Assembly (NCBI GenBank): GCA_963785725.1 | Contig: CAWAWS010000007.1 | Location: forward strand, 768,001 to 832,000 | DNA length: 64,000 nt | Direction: 5' to 3' | Source of the DNA: an uncultured delta proteobacterium | GTDB taxonomy: Bacteria; Myxococcota_A; Polyangia; Palsa-1104 | In this document: positions 53,346-64,000 of the stretch, piece by piece | Layout of the letters: each line of letters begins with the position of its first letter | Position numbering within the stretch: the stretch's first letter is position 1 | Program-made: the position numbers and the translations under genes | Notes under the pieces: model-generated | The model's database searches: none | What the model was told of the DNA's origin: nothing | Seen by the model: only the letters and a program-made list of their open reading frames with translations

Positions 53346-54662
53346 TCAGTAGCTGTCGTAGGCGACGACTTCGACTTCGACGTCTTGGGTCAGCCCGGCC
53401 GCTTCCAGCTTCGGCACGAGCTCGTCCGCCGTCGACACGATCGTGACTTCGAGATCGTGCGTCGTCAGATGCTGCGCGAGCGCCTGCACCGATGCTTCGC
53501 GCGTCACTTTGCCGACGCGCGTCGTGTAGGTCTGCGCCGAATCGGCGCGCATGCCGGCCAAGTCGAGCGCCGTGCGCAGCTCCAGCCGATCTTCCGGCGT
53601 CGCGACGGTAAAGGCGAAGCTCTTCTGCAAGTAGCCCTTGGCGAAATCGACCTCGGCTTCGGTCACGCCCGCGCTCACCCAATCGCGCCACAGCGCCAGC
53701 ACCAGCTCGAGCGTCTCCGGCGTCTGCTCCAGCGACGGAAACACATGCGCGACTAAGGCTTTGGCGCCGCGACCTTGGCCGACGCGCGCCGACGCGCCGT
53801 AGGACAAGCCGCGCTTGGAGCGCACTTCGTCCATGAGGCGCGCGGTGAACGTGCCGCCGAACGCGACCGTCGCCACTTGCAGCGCCACGAAGTCGGCGTC
53901 GTGCCAGCGCGGCGCCGGCTGACCGATCAAGATCTGCGACTGCGTGCGCTCGGGTTTGTCGACGATCGTCAGCTTCATGCCCGCGCGACGCGGCTGCGGC
54001 GGCCGCGGACCGACGCCCGCTTCGCCCGCCGCCAGCGCGCCAAAATGCCGCGCCACGAGCGCTTCCATGCCGCTCGCCTGGATGTCGCCGGCGGCGCCGA
54101 AGATGAGGTTGCCGCCGACGAGCGCGCGCTGATGCCACGCCTTGGCCTCGGCGACGCCGATGCCCTTCAACGTCTCGGCGGTGCCCAAGACCGTGCGGCC
54201 GTAAGGATGATGGCCGTACAAAGCGCGCGTGAAGAAGCGGCGCGCCAGCTGGCCGTCGTCGTCGCGCATTTCGTCGAGCTGTGCGGCGATTTCCCGCTTG
54301 AGCTTCTGCGCCTCGGCCTTCGGAAAATCGGGCCGCAAGATGACGTCGGCCATCAGCTTCAGCGTCGCTTCCAGCTTCTCCGGCAGCACGTTGACGTCGA
54401 AGGTGACGCCGTCGTAGTCGGTGAGCACGTCGAGGCTGGTGCCGAGCGCGTCGAAGGCTTCGTCGAGCTGCGCGCGCGTCTGCCCGCCGGCGCCGCGACC
54501 CATGAGCTCGGTCGCGAAGTTCGCCAGACCATCCTTTTCGGGCGCGTCATCACCGGCGCCGACGCGCAACGCCAGCTGGAAACGCACCAGCGGCAGATCG
54601 TGGTTCTCTTCGACGAGCAGCTTGGAGCCGGACGGGCCGCTCAGGTCGTGTGCCGTCGCCAT
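53346..54662 (-). CDS. M16B peptidase, non-catalytic subunit
   Basis: ENHDLPLV; GLANFATELM with no HxxEH; RLMDEVRSKRGLSYG. Confidence 0.88.
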   Translation of the reverse strand: MATAHDLSGPSGSKLLVEENHDLPLVRFQLALRVGAGDDAPEKDGLANFATELMGRGAGGQTRAQLDEAFDALGTSLDVLTDYDGVTFDVNVLPEKLEATLKLMADVILRPDFPKAEAQKLKREIAAQLDEMRDDDGQLARRFFTRALYGHHPYGRTVLGTAETLKGIGVAEAKAWHQRALVGGNLIFGAAGDIQASGMEALVARHFGALAAGEAGVGPRPPQPRRAGMKLTIVDKPERTQSQILIGQPAPRWHDADFVALQVATVAFGGTFTARLMDEVRSKRGLSYGASARVGQGRGAKALVAHVFPSLEQTPETLELVLALWRDWVSAGVTEAEVDFAKGYLQKSFAFTVATPEDRLELRTALDLAGMRADSAQTYTTRVGKVTREASVQALAQHLTTHDLEVTIVSTADELVPKLEAAGLTQDVEVEVVAYDSY

Positions 54663-55956
54663 TACGATTTTCCCTTGTTGGGCGTGCCGATAATTACCGT
54701 GCGCCGCGTGGCTTGCAGATAGGTGCGCGCGACCCGCTCGACGTCGGCGGCGGTCACGTTGCGATAGCCGTCGGCGACGGCGAACAGCTTGCGATAGTCG
54801 CCGGCGGTCGTCTGATAGTGACCGAGCGCCTCGGCTTTGCCCGCTTGCGGCCGCAATTCGCGCATGAAATGGGTCAACAGACGGGTCTTCGCCGTCTCCA
54901 ATTCGGCGGCCGGCAGCGGCTCTTTGCCTAGTCGCTCCAGCTCTTCGTAGACGATCGCTTCCGCCTCCGCCGCCGTGTGACCGCGCTGCAGCGACACCGA
55001 AATCTCGTAGAGCCCGACGTCACGGAACGGCGACGACGACGCATGCACCGACGCCGCGATCTCGCCGTCGACGACGAGCCGGCGATGCAGCCGCGACGAG
55101 TTGCCGCCGAACAAGATCTCGTTGAGCACCTCCAAGGTCGCGTAGTCGGGATGCACGAGCGGCGGCGACTTGTAGCCGATGCGCAGCTTGTCCGCCGTCA
55201 CGGCTTTCGGGTAGATCGCGCGTCGCTCCTCGGTCTGCTCGGGCTCGGCCGGCGCGGCGTCGGCCGGAATCGCCGACGAGGGAATCTTGCCGTATTGCTG
55301 CTCGATGAGCTCGAGCGCCTCCTGCTCGTCGAAGTCGCCGACCAACACCACCGTCGCGTTGTTGGGCGCGTAATAGGTGCGATAGAAGGTGCGGCAGTCG
55401 TCGATGGTGATGGCCTCGGATGTCGTCGCATCCAGCCGATCGTCGGCCAGTGATAGGGATGCACGGTGAAGGCGATGCTTGTAGAGCTCCTCGCTCGAGA
55501 AGCCGTCGACGTCGTCCTCGACGCGGAAGCGGCGCTCGTTGGCGACGACCTCGCGCTCGGACTCGACCTGCGTGTCGCCGAGCACGAGATGCGGCCATGC
55601 GATCGGCCTCGAGCTCGACCGCCAGGCGCAGCTCGACCTTCGGCAAGTTGTCGCGATAGTAGGTCCAGTCGACCCAGGTCGCGGCGTTGGTGTCGCCGCC
55701 GGCGGTCTCGAGCAGCTGGTCGAACTCGCCCGGCGGATGCGACTCGGTCTGGTTGAACATGAGGTGCTCGAACAGGTGCGCGATGCCGGTGATGCCCTCG
55801 CGCTCGTGCCGCGAGCCGACGCGCGAACCAGGTCTGATAGGCGAAGACGGGCGCCGATGGGTCGCGCACCAAGATGACCTTGAGCCCATTGGCGAGGCGG
55901 AACTGCTTGGCGTCCAAGCCGCCGGCGCCGAACGGATGCTGCGACACGAGCTCCAT
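54662..55956 (-). CDS. M16B zinc peptidase, catalytic subunit; multiply frameshifted as assembled
   Basis: AAGGAG RBS; LANGLKV, VGSRHE, GIAHLFEHLMF (HxxEH), NAATW, HPYHWPTIG, YYAPNNA. Indels between about 55410 and 55830. Confidence 0.88.
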
Positions 55957-55986
55957 CGAGGACTCCTTCTCTTTCTGCACAGATAC

Positions 55987-57378
55987 TTAATAGCTGAAAC
56001 CGACGGAAGCGCCGAGATTTACCACTACTAATGTGTAGTTGCCGGCGGCCGAGGGCAACGCCGACCCGGTGTCGAGCTGCCCGCACGCGTAGAGGCTGTA
56101 TTGGGCGTCGACGCAGCTGGTCTCGGCCTGCGAGTTGAACCGCGAGCTGACGTGGCCCACGAAATAGCCGGTGACGCCGGCGTGGCCGCCGACCTCGACC
56201 GAGTGCAATCCCGAGCGCCAGACGTGCCATTCGAAGGTCAAGGCGGCGTCGAGCTTGGGCGCGTCGAGCGCGGCGGCGCTGACGGCGTCGGGCGCGATGG
56301 CCGACGTCTGCACCGCCAGCGACGGCGAAAGTCGGAGGTTCTTGCCGAGCTGATGCCGCGTCGAGACTTCGACCATGTAGCTGTTCTGCAGGCCGCGATC
56401 GAGCGAGAACTCGGGCGCGATGCCGGTCGCCGCGATGCCGCCGCCTTGCAGCGACACGTCGAGCTCGTGGCGCGCGCCGTAGTGGACGAAGCGCCATTGC
56501 GCCTCGATCTCCAGCGCCGGCGTCGCTTGGATGCGCACGCCGGCTTGGATAATTTCGGGCAGCAGCATGACGACGCGGTCGTCGCCGCCGGCCGTGAAGC
56601 CGCCTTGGCCGGGCGCCGCTTTGACGCGCGCCCCGGTGGCCGAGGTCATGAAGAGGTCGCCGCCGGTCTGATGGCTCGTGTACGACAGGCCGATCCACAA
56701 GCGATCGACGGGCCGACCGACGGCGCCGACGGTGAAGCCGATGCCGGTGGCGTAGCCGCGCAGCTTGACGTTCTGCTGCGCCAGCGGGTTCTCGTAGCCG
56801 CAGGCGACCCCGCCGCACAAGCTGTTGGGCTGCGACACCAAAGCCGAGCCGCCCGCCGGCGCCAGATCGTGGGCGTAGCCGTAGTCGATCCAGTTTTCGT
56901 CGATGATGAGGCCGGCGCCGACGGCGATGTGGTTCTCGATCTTCCAGGCCGCGGCGAAGGTCTCTTCGAGCGAGGCGAAGCGCTGATATTGCTCCTGATA
57001 ACGCACCGGCGAGCTCGTCGGATAGGACGACAGCTCGGCGAACGGCGTGTAGACCGCGAGGCCCAAGTCGAAGGTGTCGGTGCCGAGATCCCACGTCAGG
57101 GCGGCGAACGTCTGCGGGTTGGCCGACGCGATGCTCGTCGACGCGGAGCTGCCGTCGCGGCGAATGCTGCCGAAGTTGGCGTCGGCGGCGCCGTCCAAGA
57201 AGAGGTGCACGCCGTGCAAGTAGCCGAGCGCCGCCGGGTTGTAGAACGCCGCCGCCGGATGCGGGTCGGTCGGCCCGGCGATGGCGTCGGGCACCGGACG
57301 CGGCTGCAGGAACGGATAGGCCCACGCGTGCCCACTGATGAACAGAACAGCAGCAGCGACGAAGGCGGGCGCGCGCAC
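55987..57378 (-). CDS. OmpP1/FadL family outer-membrane transporter
   Basis: Signal peptide; AAFYNPAAL; GLAVYTPF; C-terminal aromatic (GFSY). Confidence 0.82.
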   Translation of the reverse strand: MRAPAFVAAAVLFISGHAWAYPFLQPRPVPDAIAGPTDPHPAAAFYNPAALGYLHGVHLFLDGAADANFGSIRRDGSSASTSIASANPQTFAALTWDLGTDTFDLGLAVYTPFAELSSYPTSSPVRYQEQYQRFASLEETFAAAWKIENHIAVGAGLIIDENWIDYGYAHDLAPAGGSALVSQPNSLCGGVACGYENPLAQQNVKLRGYATGIGFTVGAVGRPVDRLWIGLSYTSHQTGGDLFMTSATGARVKAAPGQGGFTAGGDDRVVMLLPEIIQAGVRIQATPALEIEAQWRFVHYGARHELDVSLQGGGIAATGIAPEFSLDRGLQNSYMVEVSTRHQLGKNLRLSPSLAVQTSAIAPDAVSAAALDAPKLDAALTFEWHVWRSGLHSVEVGGHAGVTGYFVGHVSSRFNSQAETSCVDAQYSLYACGQLDTGSALPSAAGNYTLVVVNLGASVGFSY

Positions 57379-57442
57379 GGGCGTCGAGCCTACATCGGAT
57401 GGTGTTGACGTGGCAAAGGTCGCCCGGCTACGTTGCGACATC

Positions 57443-58613
57443 TTGACTCGGCTGATGACGTTCGCGCTCCTTGCAGGGCTGGCTCTCGGCTGCGACCCGA
57501 CGCCCGAGAAGATCGCGCGCTGGAAAGAGACCGAGCGCGGGCCGGGCAAGCTCCGCGAGACCGTGGTCAAAGCGGGCTTGGCGCCGTCGCTGCGCGGGCA
57601 GGCGCTGGCGGCGCTGGTCGAGCTCGGCATGACCTCGGACGCGCTGACCGACTTGGGCACGCTGCCGCCGGCCGATCGGCAAGCGATCATTCATGACGCC
57701 GTGCCGCGCCTGGCCGAAGTCGCCAAAGGCTCGGGCATCGCCGGCGGAGCCACGACGCGGGCGCAGCGCGAGGCCAAGGACGCGCTCTTTGGTCTGCGCG
57801 CCGACGCAGCCGCAGCCGATCGCGACGCGGCCGACGCGGCGTTGATCGAGTGGACGACGGCGGATTCTGGCCGGGCGTATGTCGGCAGGCGGCAAGTCGA
57901 GCGAGCAGATCTTGATTGCGATCGGGCCCAAAGCGGCGCCGCGGCTCGTCGAGCTGATGCAGCCGGGCTCGTCGCAGCTGGTGCCGGCGGCCTCGATCTT
58001 CGGCAAAGTGGCCGACACCGACGCGCGGGCGCGGGCGGCGGACGCGCTCATCGGCCGCCTGCGTCAACAAGGACCGCGGCTCGATGACCAGAGCCTGCAG
58101 GCGCTCGGGCTCGTCGGCGGACCGCGGGCGACGGCGTTCCTCGTCGAGACGGCCGAGCACGCCAACGAGGCCACGCGCGAAAAGGCGCTCTTGGCGCTGG
58201 CGCAGGGCAACGTCAACGGCGGCGACGCGACGACCCAAGCGGCGGCGCTGCGCATTGCGGCCGATAAGTCGGCGCCGGGAAAAGTTCGCGAAGCGGCCTT
58301 CCAGATGTTGGAGAAGATGCCGGGGTCGGTGCCGGGCTTGGTGGCGCTGATGAAGTCGCCCGAGGAGCTGGTGCGCTGGCGCTCGGTCGAGGCGGCGCTG
58401 GCGGCGGGCAAGGAAAAAGCGGTCACGCCCGTGCTCGAAGGGCTGAATCCGACGGGCAAATACAAAGCGGAAGATCTAGATTCGTACGTGGTTCACGACG
58501 TGGTGCTCGTCGGTCCGCCGGCCATCGCGCCCTTGCAGACGGAGCTGGCGTCGAAGAACGGGGTAGCCGCCGGCGTCGCCAAGAAGGCGCTGGCGCAGTT
58601 GCAAAAGCACTGA
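57443..58613 (+). CDS. HEAT/alpha-solenoid lipoprotein; one frameshift near 57870
   Basis: Lipobox ALGC; HEAT-like helices (VREAAFQML, VRWRSVEAAL). Confidence 0.65.
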
Positions 58614-58705
58614 ACGCCACGACGAATTAGTGGTCAAACACATCGTTTTCCGTCAGGATAGGCGGCTGGGAACGTAGAGGGTCTCGACTGGAGACAGAGC
58701 GGGAG

Positions 58706-59407
<702 letters not shown>

Positions 59408-59416
59408 AAGAACCCC

Positions 59417-61941
<2,525 letters not shown>

Positions 61942-61942
<1 letters not shown>

Positions 61943-62364
61943 TGGAAGGCGTGTTGATCTACGCTCCGCACGATTACGACGCGACGTTCGAGCAGCGGCT
62001 GGCGGCGCGCTTCGGGCCGGTGCGGCAGTCGATGCAGTGGGTGATTCAGCGCGAGAACAGCCGCGTTTACATCTATTCCGATCCCGATATTCGCGACTAT
62101 CTCGAGACCGAGGCCGAGCGGCGTGTGCTGGCCGAGATGCCGCAGCTGGTGGCGTACGCGGTCAATTTCAACGACCTCGGCCTGTTGCGCGAGGTGCTGC
62201 TCGCGATCGCCGACGATGACGCGCTCGTCGTCGACAACGATCAGGACGTCATCTTGCGCGGGCCGGCGTTCTTGCAGCTCCTGCGCGCGCGGCCCGATTG
62301 GGATTGGCTCGCCGAGGCCTACGAGCGCTGGAAAGCGCAGCAGCCGAAGGAATCGGACGATTGA
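61942..62364 (+). CDS. Hypothetical protein
   Basis: TGATG coupling to recG; acidic/aromatic 140-aa ORF. Confidence 0.6.
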
Positions 62365-62402
62365 GCCTCGCCGCCGCGGCGCTGACAAGGTAATGAACAG
62401 CG

Positions 62403-63272
62403 ATGTCGAAGCTGGAATTGGCGATGAAGGTGGTGGCGTGGCTCGAACAAGCGCCGCAGCCGGAGGATCCGAGCGGCTGGTTCACGCGCGAATTCACGTT
62501 CGACGCCCGCGGTGAGGTCGTCGGCTTCGACGTGCTGGCGGCGCGCGTGCGCAAGGGCGCGCTGGTGGCGAAGATGCCGCTCGTGAGCCGCGTCGAAGGG
62601 GCCGATTCGGTGGCGCTCTTGTTCGAGTCGATCGATGAAGCGGCCCGGCTGTCGTCGCGGCGCGCGCTGTTCTTCGCGTTCGAAGGTGACGTCGTGCGCA
62701 GCGTGGTCGAGGTCGCGCAGAAGTCGGCGCTGCCGGCGCAGCGGCCGGATCCGGTGCGCGCCGACGAGCTGACGGCGGCGCAGATTCGCGCGCAAGAAGC
62801 GACGCGCGGGCGGCGCGCGGGCGAGCTGACGTTCGACGAGGCGCTGGCGCGCGCGCGGGCCGTGCAGGCCGACGTGCTCGACGAGCGCATCAGCGTCGCC
62901 GCGACCTATTGGGTGTTTCGCGTGCGCGGGCTCGACAGCTACGGCATCGTCGTCGACAAGCAGAGCGGCGTGGCCACCAAGCTGGGCGCGACCTGGGATC
63001 TGGAGACGTGGCTGTGGGGCTATGAACAGGGCCTCGTCACCGGCGGCAGCGTCGACTTGATGGTGCTCAAGGTCGTCGATTACGAGCGGGCCGTGGCGCT
63101 GTTGAAGAAGCTGCGCGTCAGCCCGCCCGAGGGGCGCCGCGCGGCGCTGCAGCGGCTGCCGCGCACGTTCGCGGGCGCGGTGGACGCGAGCGCGATTCAG
63201 CGGCTGAAGAACGAGACGCGCGGCGTGTTCGAGTGGAAGATCGCGCGCGCCGAGGCGCCGGCCACGAAGTAG
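62403..63272 (+). CDS. Hypothetical protein, possibly with a YrhB/Imm35-like segment
   Basis: YWVF...IVVDKQSGVATKLG. Confidence 0.55.
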   Translation: MSKLELAMKVVAWLEQAPQPEDPSGWFTREFTFDARGEVVGFDVLAARVRKGALVAKMPLVSRVEGADSVALLFESIDEAARLSSRRALFFAFEGDVVRSVVEVAQKSALPAQRPDPVRADELTAAQIRAQEATRGRRAGELTFDEALARARAVQADVLDERISVAATYWVFRVRGLDSYGIVVDKQSGVATKLGATWDLETWLWGYEQGLVTGGSVDLMVLKVVDYERAVALLKKLRVSPPEGRRAALQRLPRTFAGAVDASAIQRLKNETRGVFEWKIARAEAPATK

Positions 63273-63390
63273 CCGGGCTCAGCCGGTGGTGCCGAGCGGC
63301 CCCGATGCCGCCAGCTCGCCCTCGTTCGCCTCGACGATCGGCGGGACCTTGAAGTGCACGGAGCCGGACGAATACGGGTGGTCGTCCATC

Positions 63391-63999
63391 TCAGTCGCCC
63401 GGCGATTCCTCTTCGCCGATGTCTTCGTCGATGCCGCTCTCGGCCTGCTCGCACGCCAGCGTCGGCACGCCGAACAGGCCGGCGCCGTGCTTCGTCGGCA
63501 AGGCCGCGTCGGCGTGCGTCGTGAACGTGTACAGGTGGATCTGTCCGTCCTTGCCGACGCCGCCTTCGTAGACCAAGCGGTCGTCGTCGAGCCACAGCGT
63601 CTCGAACGGCGACACGGCCGCGGCCACGCGCTGGGCCGACTTGCGCGTCTTGTCGTAGACGTAGAGCTCGTTCTTGTCCTTGCCGTCGCCTTTCAAGATC
63701 TTGCAGGCGTCGAGCTTGCCCGCGTACGTCAGGCGCGACTTCGACGGCGACCACGCCAGCGACGACTGCGCGATCGGCCGCGCCGCCATCACCGGCTGAT
63801 CGACGCCGTCGATGGTGAACTGCGTCGCGCCGTCCTCGATCTTCACGCCCGGCACCGCTTTGTCCTCGAAGTGCGCGACTTGGTTCGGCCACGCGCGCGT
63901 CTCGCCGCCGTCGGGGATGACCGCCGCGCCCTCGAGCTTGGCCAGCCCCGTGCGCGCCGTGTCGATCGTGTACGCCGCCGAGGCGCCCGACGTGACGAT
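63391..63999 (-). CDS. C-terminal part of a beta-propeller-like (TolB/WD40-like) protein; 5' end outside window
   Basis: Frame open to the window edge; LAWSPSKSRLTY, LYVYD, LWLDDDRLVY. Confidence 0.6.
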   Translation of the reverse strand: MVTSGASAAYTIDTARTGLAKLEGAAVIPDGGETRAWPNQVAHFEDKAVPGVKIEDGATQFTIDGVDQPVMAARPIAQSSLAWSPSKSRLTYAGKLDACKILKGDGKDKNELYVYDKTRKSAQRVAAAVSPFETLWLDDDRLVYEGGVGKDGQIHLYTFTTHADAALPTKHGAGLFGVPTLACEQAESGIDEDIGEEESPGD

Positions 64000-64000
64000 G

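Noticed and set aside
54662..57325. 887-aa ORF suggesting a FadL-M16 fusion
   Set aside because: Its N-terminal part is an Arg-rich shadow frame over FadL. Only the C-terminal part is genuine M16 sequence, joined through frameshifts.

Overview
High-GC (roughly 70% by eye) bacterial chromosomal window. Its gene content suggests Myxococcota (probably Polyangia-like): FHA proteins, many Cys/Gly-rich lipoproteins, PEGA and DUF2378-like proteins, and a stand-alone transpeptidase. Most of it is housekeeping or envelope genes (mutL, miaA, accA, gltA, treY, tamA/tamB, recG, mug, an M16 peptidase pair, FadL). Several genes carry clustered single-base frameshifts that look like long-read consensus errors. 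The stand-out is a compact, translationally coupled five-gene RiPP-like operon on the minus strand (29532-32377). It encodes a PqqD/RRE protein, a radical SAM/SPASM enzyme, a 61-aa Cys-containing precursor with a lasso-type YxxP leader and a C-terminal Ser, an HPr-kinase-like P-loop kinase, and a soluble S24/S26 peptidase. I infer a thioether-crosslinked, possibly phosphorylated peptide of a class I cannot match to any characterised one. Also notable: an orphan tandem double tail-tube gene, an orphan eCIS-type AAA+ ATPase inserted between mutL and miaA, a 162-bp MITE, a probable pseudo-adenylation enzyme, an RHH-FHA fusion and several non-coding repeats. I saw no rRNA, tRNA, CRISPR array or transposase. 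All family calls come from motif recognition only; no database search was run.
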